A stretch of 64,000 bases of DNA. It comes from Gammaproteobacteria bacterium (GTDB lineage Bacteria; Pseudomonadota; Gammaproteobacteria; JABABF01). Under the pieces are notes generated by a model. That model was not told the origin of the DNA, made no database searches, and was given only the letters and a program-made list of their open reading frames with translations. Location: positions 1,248,001 through 1,312,000 of the forward strand of contig OZ250153.1 of assembly GCA_965237805.1 (NCBI GenBank), given 5' to 3'. Both the position numbers and the translations under genes were made by a program. Within the stretch, counting starts at the first letter, position 1, and every line of letters begins with the position of its first letter. Of this stretch, positions 51,788-62,110 are shown piece after piece.

Positions 51788-54337
51788 GTGGCGCAACAGA
51801 GTACCGTCTTGGCGTTGGCAGAGCGCTTTCAGTTATCGGCTGATACCCTGCTCGGCATTTTGCGCGATGCCGATTTTGAGCTGAGTGGCGCAGAGGACAC
51901 GGTGGATATGGGTGAGGTGATGACCAAGCCCGCCGTGCGCGACGCCTTAATGGAATCCAAACGCCGCCCGAGTGGCGGCAGTGGTGCTGAGGATCAGGTG
52001 GTTGTCAAGCTGGAGCGACGCTCCAGCACTACCTTGCGCACCGGTGGTCGTGCCAATTCCCGTGCAGTGACGGTAGAGCGCCGCGGTCAACGCACCTATG
52101 CCAAGCCGGTGGAGCCTGCCGACATCGAAGAGCAACAGGCACCGCCGCCCCACGTCGCGTTGCCACCTGTTGGCGAGCTGCCGGCACCGGCACCGGATGC
52201 CGATCTCGATTTGGAGGAGCTGCGCCGCAGCTCGGTGCGGGATAGCCTCGCAAAACGCACCGCTGCAGAGAAAGCAAACAAAAAAGCCGAGGGGGAGCGC
52301 AGCCGCGTCGCCACTGCTTCGCGCTCGACTGCTGCCAAGGCCGCCACACGCCGTTCCCCTTCATTGTTGCCCCGCCGCCGCACGCGCTTGACACCGCGCA
52401 CTGGCGAGAAGCATCAGGCCGATTCTCGTCGCTCGGTTGAGATGGCTTTGCGTGAGACGGTGGAGGAGGGAAAGGGAGCGTCCGCTGCGCCGCAGTCCGC
52501 GTCATCGGGTGCCGGTGTCGCCGGGGTACTCAAGATAGTCGACCAGCGCCACCATGCCTTCCGCCGGCCTCAGCAACCGATAACGCGCACCTTGCACCTC
52601 GAGCGTGGCCAGCGCCTTTCCGTGGCCAGCTTGGCGCGTCGGCTCGGTGTCAAATTGCCGCTCGCGCTGGCTCGCTTGGAGGCGATGGGCGTTGAGGATG
52701 CCGAACAGATCGACACCGACACGGCCACGATGCTGGCCGAGGATTTGGGGCATCGTATCGAGCTGAGCGACGAGCGCACGCTGGCAAGCGTGCTCGAAAA
52801 GGCGCGTGCAGCAGAGGGCAACCCCGTGTCGCGGGCAGCTGTGGTGACCGTCATGGGGCATGTGGATCACGGCAAGACTTCATTACTCGACCAGTTCCGT
52901 CAGAGCAGCGTCGCCGCTGGCGAGGCCGGTGGCATCACCCAGCACATCGGTGCCTATCGGGTGCCGACGACGGATGGCCGCAGCATCACCTTTGTCGATA
53001 CGCCCGGACACGAGGCGTTCAGCGCCATGCGCGCGCGCGGTGCCCGCTGCACGGACTTGGTGGTGTTGGTGGTGGCCGCCGACGACGGCATCATGCCACA
53101 GACTCACGAATCGGTTGAGCATGTGCGTGCCGCCGGGGTTCCCTTGGTGGTGGCCATCAACAAGATGGATCTGGAAAACGCTGATCCGGAGCGGGTCAAA
53201 CAAGGTTTGGCGGCACTGGAAGTGGTGCCGGACGAGTGGGGCGGCGAGGTGCAGTTTGTGCCGGTCTCAGCGCTCAGCGGCGATGGGCTCGACCAACTGC
53301 TGGCGGCCATCCACTTGCAGGCTGAGCTGCTCGAGCTGCGCGCTTCCCCCGATGTACCCGCTTGGGGCACAGTGATCGAATCGCGCATTGATACCCATCG
53401 CGGCGTTGTCACCACGCTACTGGTACAGGGGGGAACTTTGGAGATCGGTTCCCTAGTGGTCTGCGGTGGCCACAGCGGGCGCCTGCGCGATATGCGCGAT
53501 GAGGGTGGTGCCAAGCTGCGTACGGCACCGCCGTCGACACCGGTGGAAGTGATGGGCTTGCGCGCCGCGCCGGATGCTGGCGAGACCTTCCTTGTGGTCG
53601 GCAACGAGCGCCAAGCGCGCGAGCTGATTGCTTTGCACAAGCCGTCGGTTGCCGCCAGCGCGCCGGGTGAAGATGTCGAGGCTCTGTTCGCCAGCATACA
53701 GGAAGGTGAGGCGCGCGAACTGCGGATCGTGTTGCGCGCGGATGTGCAGGGCTCACTGGAGGCGCTGCGCAGTGGGCTGGCAAAACTCGGCGAGGAAGTA
53801 GAGGGTGTTGAGCTGCGCATCTTGGCGGCTGGGCTCGGCGGCATTAGCACTTCCGATGTCAATTTGGCGCACGGCTCTGATGCCTTGGTGTTGGGTTTCA
53901 ATGTGCGTGCCGCCCCTGCCGCCCAGCAACAGGCGCGGCAATTTGGGGTGACACTCAATTACTACAGCATCATCTACGAATTGACGGAGGATGTGCAGAA
54001 TCTGCTGGTCGGGCTATGCCCGCCGGAGCTGAGTGAACATATACTCGGGGTCGCCGAAGTGCGCGAGATATTCAGTGCGCCGCGTTTCGGTCAGATCGCC
54101 GGTTGCATGGTGGTCGAGGGCGTGGTCTCGCGTGACCAACCCGTGCGCGTGTTGCGCGACGACATCGTCATTTTTGAAGGCCAGTTGGATTCGTTGCGGC
54201 GCTTCAAAGAAGCTGTCAAAGAGGTGCGCAATGGTGTGGAGTGCGGCATTGGCGTGCGCGACTACGAGGATGTGCGCCCCGGCGATCGCATTGAGGTGTT
54301 TGAGCAACGGGAGGTTGCCCGTGGCGTTGGAGCTTAG
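51788..54337 (+). CDS. infB: Translation initiation factor IF-2
   Basis: [25 protein letters not shown] and DVQGS. Confidence 0.97.
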   Translation: MAQQSTVLALAERFQLSADTLLGILRDADFELSGAEDTVDMGEVMTKPAVRDALMESKRRPSGGSGAEDQVVVKLERRSSTTLRTGGRANSRAVTVERRGQRTYAKPVEPADIEEQQAPPPHVALPPVGELPAPAPDADLDLEELRRSSVRDSLAKRTAAEKANKKAEGERSRVATASRSTAAKAATRRSPSLLPRRRTRLTPRTGEKHQADSRRSVEMALRETVEEGKGASAAPQSASSGAGVAGVLKIVDQRHHAFRRPQQPITRTLHLERGQRLSVASLARRLGVKLPLALARLEAMGVEDAEQIDTDTATMLAEDLGHRIELSDERTLASVLEKARAAEGNPVSRAAVVTVMGHVDHGKTSLLDQFRQSSVAAGEAGGITQHIGAYRVPTTDGRSITFVDTPGHEAFSAMRARGARCTDLVVLVVAADDGIMPQTHESVEHVRAAGVPLVVAINKMDLENADPERVKQGLAALEVVPDEWGGEVQFVPVSALSGDGLDQLLAAIHLQAELLELRASPDVPAWGTVIESRIDTHRGVVTTLLVQGGTLEIGSLVVCGGHSGRLRDMRDEGGAKLRTAPPSTPVEVMGLRAAPDAGETFLVVGNERQARELIALHKPSVAASAPGEDVEALFASIQEGEARELRIVLRADVQGSLEALRSGLAKLGEEVEGVELRILAAGLGGISTSDVNLAHGSDALVLGFNVRAAPAAQQQARQFGVTLNYYSIIYELTEDVQNLLVGLCPPELSEHILGVAEVREIFSAPRFGQIAGCMVVEGVVSRDQPVRVLRDDIVIFEGQLDSLRRFKEAVKEVRNGVECGIGVRDYEDVRPGDRIEVFEQREVARGVGA

Positions 54338-54716
54338 GATGAGTCGCGTGGGCGGCTATCTGCAGCGCGAGATCGGCACGCTGATCCACCGCGAGTTGCG
54401 CGACCCCCGCGTCGGCACGGTCAGCGTGGTGGGGGTTGAAGTCAGCCGCGACTTGGCGCATGCGCGGGTCCATGTCACCGTGCTCGGCTGTGAGAGTGCC
54501 GAGCTCGCTGCACCGGCCTTGGCCGCCTTGAACCGCGCTAGCGGTTGGCTGCGTTCACGTGTGGCGGCGGCGGGTGGTCTGCGCGCGACGCCGAGCTTGC
54601 GCTTTTTCTACGATCGGGGCGTGAGTAGTGGGCGCCGCGTCGAAGCTTTGATCGGTGCCGAAGCCGAAGCCGAAGCCGAAGCTGAGGTGGCCTCGGGTCG
54701 TGGAGCGATGTCGTGA
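54321..54716 (+). CDS. rbfA: Ribosome-binding factor A
   Basis: LRDPR, SRDLAHARV and TPSLRFFYD; GTG 54321 after GGAGG (or ATG 54339). Confidence 0.93.
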   Translation: MALELRMSRVGGYLQREIGTLIHRELRDPRVGTVSVVGVEVSRDLAHARVHVTVLGCESAELAAPALAALNRASGWLRSRVAAAGGLRATPSLRFFYDRGVSSGRRVEALIGAEAEAEAEAEVASGRGAMS

Positions 54717-55636
54717 GGCAGCGGCGTGACGCTCGGCCTGTGAATGGCATTTTGCTGTTGGACAAGCCGGTTGGCATCAGCTCCAACGCGGCTCTGCAAC
54801 GTGTCAAATTCCTGTTTAAGGCGGCCAAGGCTGGCCACACTGGCAACCTCGATCCCCTCGCCAGCGGCGTGTTGCCGATCTGCTTTGGCGAGGCGACCAA
54901 ATTTGCGCAATTTTTGCTCAATGCCGATAAAGAGTACTATGGCATGGTTCGTCTTGGCATTGAGACAGACAGTGGAGACAGCGATGGTCGCGAGCTGTCG
55001 CGTCTCAGCGCTGCCGCGATCAGTGCCCCTGCGGTAGAGCAGGCGCTACAGCCGTTGCGTGGGGCGATTGAGCAGGTGCCCCCCATGTTTTCGGCGATCA
55101 AGCGCGGGGGTCAACCGTTGTACAAGCTGGCGCGACGCGGCATCACGGTGGAGTTGGAGGCGCGTCCGGTGACAATTCATGTTTTGCAGCTACTCGATTT
55201 TCGTCCTGGAGAAGTGGCCGAAGCCGATCTCCGGATCCATTGCAGCAAGGGGACTTATGTGCGCATGCTGGCGGTGGCAATCGGTCGTCAGTTGGGTTGT
55301 GGGGGGCATATTGCTGCACTGCGCCGTCATCGGGTCGGCGCGTTTGCCGATGCAGACATGATCAGTATGGAATGCTTGACCGAGCTGAGTGAGGCCGGGC
55401 GGCTGGCCGAGATGGATGCCCTGCTACATCCGGTGGACGAGGCGGTCGACCATCTGCCAGAGCTGTGTCTGCGGGTGGTGGATCGTCATTACCTGCGCAG
55501 TGGCCAGTTGGTGCGTGCCACCGGGGCACCGAGTAGCGGTTTGGTGCGCTTGCGACTGGAGGATGGCGCATTCTTGGGTGTCGGTGAGGTCCTTGATGAC
55601 GGTCGCTTGCGTTCGCGGCGCTTGGTGACCGCCTGA
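54713..55636 (+). CDS. truB: tRNA pseudouridine(55) synthase
   Basis: [22 protein letters not shown] and CSKGTYVR. Confidence 0.96.
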   Translation: MRQRRDARPVNGILLLDKPVGISSNAALQRVKFLFKAAKAGHTGNLDPLASGVLPICFGEATKFAQFLLNADKEYYGMVRLGIETDSGDSDGRELSRLSAAAISAPAVEQALQPLRGAIEQVPPMFSAIKRGGQPLYKLARRGITVELEARPVTIHVLQLLDFRPGEVAEADLRIHCSKGTYVRMLAVAIGRQLGCGGHIAALRRHRVGAFADADMISMECLTELSEAGRLAEMDALLHPVDEAVDHLPELCLRVVDRHYLRSGQLVRATGAPSSGLVRLRLEDGAFLGVGEVLDDGRLRSRRLVTA

Positions 55637-55750
55637 GCGAGGGCATGGCAGTGGCACAACAGACACGAAGCACCACGTCTAAGCGTCTACCACGCGATAA
55701 TGCACAGAGATTCAGCGGAGATACAGTGAAATGAACAGAGTGGCATCGGC

Positions 55751-56050
55751 ATGAATGCAGCGGCAAAGGCGGCATCGGACAGCGGCACAGCGGAGCCCTC
55801 GCGTCGCGAGATCGTCTTGGAATACAGTCGTGGCGAGCGGGACACCGGATCGCCCGAGGTGCAGGCGGCGTTGCTCAGCGACAGCATTCAGCGCTTGCAG
55901 GCACATTTGGATCAGCACCGCAAGGATCACAGTTCCCGGCGCGGTTTGATCCGCATGATCAATCGGCGGCGCAAGTTGCTGGACTATGTGAAGAGGCAGG
56001 ATCGGGAGCGCTACAGCCAACTCATCTCCCGCCTCGGATTGCGCCGCTGA
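55751..56050 (+). CDS. rpsO: 30S ribosomal protein uS15
   Basis: [19 protein letters not shown] and LGLRR. Confidence 0.96.
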   Translation: MNAAAKAASDSGTAEPSRREIVLEYSRGERDTGSPEVQAALLSDSIQRLQAHLDQHRKDHSSRRGLIRMINRRRKLLDYVKRQDRERYSQLISRLGLRR

Positions 56051-56177
56051 GCGGCGCTGCAAAATCTGGTCTATGTCACGACGCTGGCTGTCAGAGCCGT
56101 ATGCGAGCGTTACACAGATCGACTCGGAACACCAACCCCACCCAACCCAAACAATCGACAATCAACAGGACAAACTA

Positions 56178-58334
56178 GTGAACGAAGAGAATACAGAAAA
56201 CCATCATTCATCGCACAACGCCGACTCGGGTGATCGTGGCATCCGCCAGCGCTTCACTCTTGGCGACCAAGAATTCACGCTGGAAACCGGGCGCATCGCA
56301 CGCCAGGCGAGCGGGGCAGTCATGGTCAGTGTTGGCGACACACGTGTGCTGGCCACCGTGGTCTTAGGACGCGTCATTGAGGATGCCAAATTTTTGCCCC
56401 TGACGGTGCAATACCAAGAAAGATTCTACGCCACAGGGCGCATCCCCGGCAGTTTTTTCCGCCGAGAGGGGCGACCGAGCGAAAAAGAGGTGCTGACATC
56501 GCGCCTGATCGATAGGCCGATCCGCCCACTGTTCCCGAAGAGTTGCACCCAAGAAGTGCAGTTGATCTGCACGGTGATGTCGGCCTCGCGCCAGCACAAC
56601 CCCGATATCGCGGCGATGATCGGTGCCTCAGCGGCGCTGGCGGTTGCGGGTGCGCCCTGTAGTGGGGTGATCAGCGCCGCGCGGGTTGGCTATGACAGCA
56701 ATAGCAATCAATATCTGCTCAATCCCAGCGACGCGCAGCTGGCATCCTCGACCCTAGACATGGTGGTGGCCGGTGGCCGCGACGGCGTGCTGATGGTGGA
56801 GTCGCAGGCCGATCAATTGAGCGAAGAGATGATGCTCGGTGCCGTGCTGTTCGCACAGAGCGCGATCCAGCCCGCGTTGGATGCGATCGAGGCACTGGCA
56901 CGGGACGCCGGTACTGAGGCACCGGTGCTGCCGCCGCCAGCGTTGCCCGACGCCGCGCTGTTGGCCGCTGTTGAGGCGCACAGTGCTGAGGCCCTGAACC
57001 GGGCCTGCGCTGAGCCAGACAAGTCCTCGCGCACCCGCGCCTTGGAGGCCTTGCGCACCGATGTGGTGGCGGCCTTGGGAGCTGATCACGGCACCGAGGA
57101 TGTTGTCAGTGCCTTGCAGTACTGCCAACGCCGGGAAGTGCGTCGCCGCATACTCGATGGCGAGTCGCGCATCGACGGGCGCGACGCGCGCACGGTGCGC
57201 CCGATCGACACCGAGGTCGATCTGTTGCCCGGAGCCCACGGCTCGGCGATGTTCACCCGTGGCGAGACACAGGCGATTGCCACTGTCACGCTCGGTGGCA
57301 GTCGCGATGCGCAGATTGTCGACGGTTTGGAGGGGCGCGAAGACGACCCTCTCATGTTGCACTACAACTTTCCGCCCTACTCGGTCGGCGAGAGCCGCCG
57401 ACTGATGCCACCGTCGCGGCGCGAGATCGGCCACGGGCGTTTGGCGCGGCGGGCACTGACGGCGCTGCTTCCCAGCCAGCAGGACTTCCCCTACACCCTG
57501 CGTATCGTCTCGGAGATCACCGAATCCAACGGCTCCAGCTCGATGGCCACGGTCTGTGCCAGTAGCCTCGCGCTGATGGATGCCGGTGTGCCGCTGGCTG
57601 CTCCGGTGGCGGGCATCGCCATGGGCTTGGTCAGTGATGGCACGCGCTCGGCGGTGTTGACCGACATTCTCGGCGATGAAGATCATCTGGGCGATATGGA
57701 CTTCAAGGTGGCTGGCACTGCGGCCGGCATTACCGCCCTGCAGATGGACATCAAGATAGGCGGGCTCGAGCAGTCGGTGATGGAGCAGGCCTTGGAGCAG
57801 GCACGCGAGGCGCGCTTACACATCCTTGAACAGATGGCTATGACGCTGTCGGCACCCCGAGAACGTGTTGCCTCCAATGCACCGCAGTTTGAGATTGTGC
57901 GCATCCCGGAGAACCGTGTGCGCGACCTGATCGGGCGCGGTGGGTCGACGGTGCGGAGCATTACCGACGACACTGGTGCCAATATCGACATTGACCAGAA
58001 TGGTACTGTGCGCGTCTACGCCGACAATCTTGACGCCCTCAATGAAGCGATCGCACGCGTCAAGAGCGTGACGGTTGATGTGGAGGTCGGTGGTGTCTAT
58101 GAGGGCACCGTCGTCAGCCTGCAGAAGTACGGTGCTTTTGTCAACATCATGCCGGGTCGAGACGGTTTGGTGCACGCTTCCGAAGTCACTTCATCCGACG
58201 GCTTCTGCCGTGTTGAAGAGCACTTAGAGGAGGGGCAGAAAGTGCGGGTCAAGGTGCTTGAAGTCGACGACCGCGGCAAAGTGCGTCTCAGCATGAAGGC
58301 GCTGGAATCCGAGGGTGTGCAGCAGGTCAACTAG
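56178..58334 (+). CDS. pnp: Polyribonucleotide nucleotidyltransferase
   Basis: ETGRIARQA, RLIDRPIRPLF, RREIGHG, GDMDFK, KH and S1 domains; GTG 56178 after AGGA. Confidence 0.97.
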   Translation: MNEENTENHHSSHNADSGDRGIRQRFTLGDQEFTLETGRIARQASGAVMVSVGDTRVLATVVLGRVIEDAKFLPLTVQYQERFYATGRIPGSFFRREGRPSEKEVLTSRLIDRPIRPLFPKSCTQEVQLICTVMSASRQHNPDIAAMIGASAALAVAGAPCSGVISAARVGYDSNSNQYLLNPSDAQLASSTLDMVVAGGRDGVLMVESQADQLSEEMMLGAVLFAQSAIQPALDAIEALARDAGTEAPVLPPPALPDAALLAAVEAHSAEALNRACAEPDKSSRTRALEALRTDVVAALGADHGTEDVVSALQYCQRREVRRRILDGESRIDGRDARTVRPIDTEVDLLPGAHGSAMFTRGETQAIATVTLGGSRDAQIVDGLEGREDDPLMLHYNFPPYSVGESRRLMPPSRREIGHGRLARRALTALLPSQQDFPYTLRIVSEITESNGSSSMATVCASSLALMDAGVPLAAPVAGIAMGLVSDGTRSAVLTDILGDEDHLGDMDFKVAGTAAGITALQMDIKIGGLEQSVMEQALEQAREARLHILEQMAMTLSAPRERVASNAPQFEIVRIPENRVRDLIGRGGSTVRSITDDTGANIDIDQNGTVRVYADNLDALNEAIARVKSVTVDVEVGGVYEGTVVSLQKYGAFVNIMPGRDGLVHASEVTSSDGFCRVEEHLEEGQKVRVKVLEVDDRGKVRLSMKALESEGVQQVN

Positions 58335-58466
58335 GCTGGGAGCCCTAGTCGCGCCGTCGTCGCCGGGTGCCTGTCGGTTGAGGCAGCCACCCGGCTGAGC
58401 CATCGCTGGGGCCAGAGCTTGCCCCTTGGCATTGCGACAGAGTGTGCGCCATCTGCGTGCGGCAAT

Positions 58467-58583
58467 GCGTCGAATATTTTGGATTTTTTCGACACATCAG
58501 CAGTGACGTGTCGAATATTTTAGATTTTTTCGACACATCGGCAGTGACGTGTCGAATATTTACGCTATTTCGTCATATTGGCA
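58467..58583. repeat. 41-bp tandem repeat (~2.8 copies) with internal 8-bp inverted arms
   Basis: Units at 58467-58507, 58508-58548 and a degenerate one at 58549-58583; consensus gtgtcgaa-tattttagatttt-ttcgacac-atcggcagtgac. Confidence 0.9.
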
Positions 58584-58731
58584 TGGCCGCTCCAGTAGGA
58601 ATGGTTTTTGCCACGCCTTTGAGTTCGCCCAATGCTGCCTCAGCAGCGGCGGCAGCTCGCAGTACTACAATGGTTTCGAGATGGCTCTCTGCACCGAGGA
58701 GTTGCAGGGGGGGGTGCCCACCTCGGTTTAA

Positions 58732-59112
58732 TCAGGCAGCCTGCACTGGAATCGCATGGCCAGTGCGCCGGATGTGATTCTGTTGATCCAGATAGACCAG
58801 TTTGGGTTGGTGGTTGGCGAGTTCGCTTGCTTCGTATTCGGCGTAGGCGCAGATAATCACGCGGTCGCCGATGCTGGCGTGCCTAGCGGCCGCACCATTG
58901 ATGGACACCACAGCTGAGCCGTTCTCGGCGCGGATGGCGTAGGTCGTCAGACGGGTGCCGTTGTTCATGTTGTAAATCTGCACCTGCTGGTACTCGCGTA
59001 TGCCAGCTTTCTCCAATAGCTTGCCGTCGATGGCGCAGGAGCCTTCGTACTCCACATGCACATCGGTGACGCATGCTTGATGCAATTTTGCCTGCAACAT
59101 TGTTTGGCGCAT
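58732..59112 (-). CDS. panD: Aspartate 1-decarboxylase
   Basis: AKLH, YEGS autocleavage site, RLTTYAI and NGAAAR. Confidence 0.96.
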   Translation of the reverse strand: MRQTMLQAKLHQACVTDVHVEYEGSCAIDGKLLEKAGIREYQQVQIYNMNNGTRLTTYAIRAENGSAVVSINGAAARHASIGDRVIICAYAEYEASELANHQPKLVYLDQQNHIRRTGHAIPVQAA

Positions 59113-59188
59113 TGCTTGACCCTCGTTTCCCCTGAAAAGCCATCCAGTTCTGTTGATGATGGTTTGCTGTAGCTGCCCCGCTTTTCGC

Positions 59189-60043
59189 TCAGCTGGCCAA
59201 ACTCACAGGCAGGTTGTCGATCAGTCGCGCCCGTCCCAGCTGGGCGGCAACCAATATTACCACATTCTTGCTCTCAACCGTGGCCATAGCCAGTGTGTCG
59301 GCACTGCGTACTTCGTAGTATTCTGGAACCATACCAGCCTCCCGCAGCTGCCTCGCTCCCGCTTGGCACAGGGCGGTAAAATCCCGCTCTCCGCCGCGCA
59401 GAGCCTCGGCGCTATGGCCGAGGCTCTGGCACAGCGCCGCAGCGCTGCGGCGCTCGTCCGGCGACAGGTGCTGGTTGCGCGAGCTCAGCGCTAGGCCGTC
59501 CGGGGCGCGCACTGTTGGCACCCCGACGATCTCGGTAGGCAGGCATAGCTCGGCGGCCATGCGCCGCAATACGAGCAGTTGCTGGTAGTCCTTTTCGCCG
59601 CATAGCAGCCAACGCGGTGCCACGATGTTGAGCAGCATGCAGATCACGGTCGCCACACCGTTGAAGTGCCCCGGACGCTTGGTGCCGCACAGGATGTCGG
59701 ACAGCCCCGGCACCGACACGGTGGTGTGATCAGCTGTGCCAGCGGGATAGAGCTCGTCCACATCGGGGGTGAACAGATGCGCAACGCCGTGCGAGCGCAG
59801 CAGCTCATGGTCGCGTTCCGGGGTGCGCGGGTAGTGCTCGAAGTCCTCGCCCGCCCCGAACTGTATGGGATTGACGAAAATGCTGGCGACCACGCACTGG
59901 CTGTGGCTCTTGGCAAGCTGCACCAAGGCCATATGTCCTTGGTGCAGGTTGCCCATGGTGGGCACGAAAGCGATGTCGTGTCCGCTCTGGCGCTCGGCCG
60001 CCAGCACTGTGCGTAGCGCGGCGGCACGGTGGTGTATCTGCAT
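59189..60043 (-). CDS. panC: Pantoate--beta-alanine ligase
   Basis: PTMGNLHQGH, RPGHF, GEKDYQQ, GLALSSRN and RLIDN. Confidence 0.96.
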   Translation of the reverse strand: MQIHHRAAALRTVLAAERQSGHDIAFVPTMGNLHQGHMALVQLAKSHSQCVVASIFVNPIQFGAGEDFEHYPRTPERDHELLRSHGVAHLFTPDVDELYPAGTADHTTVSVPGLSDILCGTKRPGHFNGVATVICMLLNIVAPRWLLCGEKDYQQLLVLRRMAAELCLPTEIVGVPTVRAPDGLALSSRNQHLSPDERRSAAALCQSLGHSAEALRGGERDFTALCQAGARQLREAGMVPEYYEVRSADTLAMATVESKNVVILVAAQLGRARLIDNLPVSLAS

Positions 60044-60054
60044 TGCCGGGGGCT

Positions 60055-60852
60055 TCAGCTGGCGTTGTTATCAGCGGGTGGAAATTCCCCCGCAAGCACG
60101 GCTGCCCGGTAGGCGGTCATCGCGTCGCCGATGCCCTTGGCATCGCGCAGGAAATCGCGTGCAAATGGTGGTGGTGAGGCGGTCATGCCGAGGGCATCTT
60201 GCAAGACCAGCACTTGGCCGTCGGTGTGCGGCCCGGAACCGATGCCGATCACCGGGATGGCCAGCTGGCGGCTGATCTGCGTAGCCAAGGCTGTCGGCAC
60301 GCATTCCAGCACCAGCAACGATGCTCCGGCTTCCTCTAAGGCCAATGCGTCGGCTTCGATCTCTGCCGCCTGCTCAGGGCTGTTGCCTTGGCGTTTATAG
60401 CCGCTGTAGAGGTGCACCGATTGCGGGCATAGCCCCAAGTGGGCGCATACTGGGATACCACAGTGCACGATGAGGCGCACTTGGTCGATTAGCCAGCGGC
60501 CACCTTCTAGCTTCACGACTTCGGCACCGGCCCGCGCCAATTCGGTGGCGCTGGCCACCGCCTGCGGTGCGCTCGCATAGCTGCCCAGAGGCAGGTCGGC
60601 GGCCAATAGTGAGCCGTGGTTGCCACGGCGCACACAGCGCAGGTGGTAGGCCATATCGCTCAGCGTGACGCCTAGGGTATCGTCGCGGCCCTGCACGGTC
60701 ATGCCGACTGAGTCGCCGACCAACAACAGCTCGATGCCAGCCTCGGCGGCGAGCCGGGCACAGCTGGCATCGTAGACCGTCAGGCAGCTGAAGCGTTGCC
60801 CGGTGGCCTTGCGCTCCCGCAGGCTTTGCAACGTGATGCGCGTGTTGCTCAT
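60055..60852 (-). CDS. panB: 3-methyl-2-oxobutanoate hydroxymethyltransferase
   Basis: LLVGDS, VKLEGG, HLGL.PQ, IGIGSG and DGQVLV. Confidence 0.96.
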   Translation of the reverse strand: MSNTRITLQSLRERKATGQRFSCLTVYDASCARLAAEAGIELLLVGDSVGMTVQGRDDTLGVTLSDMAYHLRCVRRGNHGSLLAADLPLGSYASAPQAVASATELARAGAEVVKLEGGRWLIDQVRLIVHCGIPVCAHLGLCPQSVHLYSGYKRQGNSPEQAAEIEADALALEEAGASLLVLECVPTALATQISRQLAIPVIGIGSGPHTDGQVLVLQDALGMTASPPPFARDFLRDAKGIGDAMTAYRAAVLAGEFPPADNNAS

Positions 60853-61538
60853 CGCTGCCCCTCTTCGCCTAGGAACAGGCTATCACCGCCGCCGGTGTTG
60901 AAGTAGTGGTGGCCGCTTTCGACGCGTTCCAAGAGCCCAAGGAAGTCGCGGTAATCGTCGGCGTTGCGGAGCAGATCCACCTCGGCGGTGTTGACAATCA
61001 ATAGTGGCGTGGCTTGGTAGCCGAAGAAAAAGCGTCCGTAAGCCTCACTGAGCTGCTCTAGGTAACCCCGCTTGATATACCGTTCGTAGCCGATGCCACG
61101 GCTGTTGATGCGTTGCATCAACAGTGTGACCGGTGCCTGTAGGTAGACCACCAGATCTGGTGTTGGCAGATCGGTGCGGAGCCGGTCATAGATGGACTGG
61201 TACAGCTGTAGCTCGTCGCTACCGAGGTTGATCTCGGCGAATAGGCGGTCTTTTTCGATCAGATAATCTGCCACATGATCTTGGGCGAAGATATCCCATT
61301 GGCGCAGGGCTTGCAATTGCCGTGTGCGCTGCACGAGAAAGGAAAGCTGGGTGGCCAAGGCGAGGTGGCGACGGTCGTCGCGGTAGAAGTTGGCCAAGAA
61401 AGGGTTGGCGATGCCATCTTCGAGCAGTGGGCGATGCCCCCAGCTGTGTGCGATGCGCTTGGCCAGCGCGGTCTTCCCCACACCGATCGGTCCTTCGATA
61501 GCGAGGTAATGCGGTCTATTGTCTGGCTGATCCGTCAC
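60849..61538 (-). CDS. Deoxynucleoside kinase family protein
   Basis: IEGPIGVGKT, NPFL..FY and PDLVVYLQA. Confidence 0.9.
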   Translation of the reverse strand: MTDQPDNRPHYLAIEGPIGVGKTALAKRIAHSWGHRPLLEDGIANPFLANFYRDDRRHLALATQLSFLVQRTRQLQALRQWDIFAQDHVADYLIEKDRLFAEINLGSDELQLYQSIYDRLRTDLPTPDLVVYLQAPVTLLMQRINSRGIGYERYIKRGYLEQLSEAYGRFFFGYQATPLLIVNTAEVDLLRNADDYRDFLGLLERVESGHHYFNTGGGDSLFLGEEGQR

Positions 61539-61542
61539 GGTG

Positions 61543-62055
61543 CTATCCGCTCCGGCAGCGGTTCGTCACGGGTGTCAACGGCGGCAGCTGGGCGGCCAAG
61601 TCGAGTAGCACATGGCCGCCCGGCAGGCGCAGCTGGGGTGCCAGGGTGCACAGTGGCTGCACGACGAAGTTGCGCTCGCTGAGCTGTGGATGGGGGATGC
61701 TGATCCCGGTACGGCGCAGCTGCAGTTGGCCATAGAGCAACAGATCTAAATCCAAGGTACGCGGCCCCCAGCTGCGGCGGCGGCGGCGGCGCTGCAGGCG
61801 CTCGATGCGCTGTAGTCGATACAACAACTGTTGCGGTGCCAATGTGGTGCGCAGCGCCGCCACGCCGTTTAGGTAATCCGGTTGCACACCGGGGCCGATG
61901 GCGGCGTTGCGGTACCAAGCGGAGTGCGCCAGCAAGCGGCTTTGGGGTAGTTGCCGCAGGGCGGATACGGCGCGCCGTAGGCGTTGTTGGCGCCAGCCCA
62001 GATTGCTGCCAAGCCCGATGTACGCCACCACGCCGCCGATCGCCTGCGTCGCCAT
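61543..62055 (-). CDS. folK: 2-amino-4-hydroxy-6-hydroxymethyldihydropteridine diphosphokinase
   Basis: AYIGLGSN, QPDYLN, WGPRTLDLD and IPHP. Confidence 0.95.
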   Translation of the reverse strand: MATQAIGGVVAYIGLGSNLGWRQQRLRRAVSALRQLPQSRLLAHSAWYRNAAIGPGVQPDYLNGVAALRTTLAPQQLLYRLQRIERLQRRRRRRSWGPRTLDLDLLLYGQLQLRRTGISIPHPQLSERNFVVQPLCTLAPQLRLPGGHVLLDLAAQLPPLTPVTNRCRSG

Positions 62056-62110
62056 TGTCGTTTGCCTCTGCTCCGTCCGACGGCGCACCGAGTGTGCCTC
62101 GTGCTGTTTA

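Noticed and set aside
54657-54680. (GCCGAA)x4 microsatellite in rbfA
   Set aside because: In-frame Ala-Glu run in a variable tail that cannot cause phase variation.
58467-58583. Possible mini CRISPR array (29-bp palindromic repeat)
   Set aside because: The intervening sequences are only 12 nt and nearly identical, and there are no cas genes in the window. Kept as a tandem repeat.
58586-58654. tRNA-like pairing GCCGCT...AGCGGC after pnp
   Set aside because: Too short, with no TTCG T-loop, anticodon arm or CCA.
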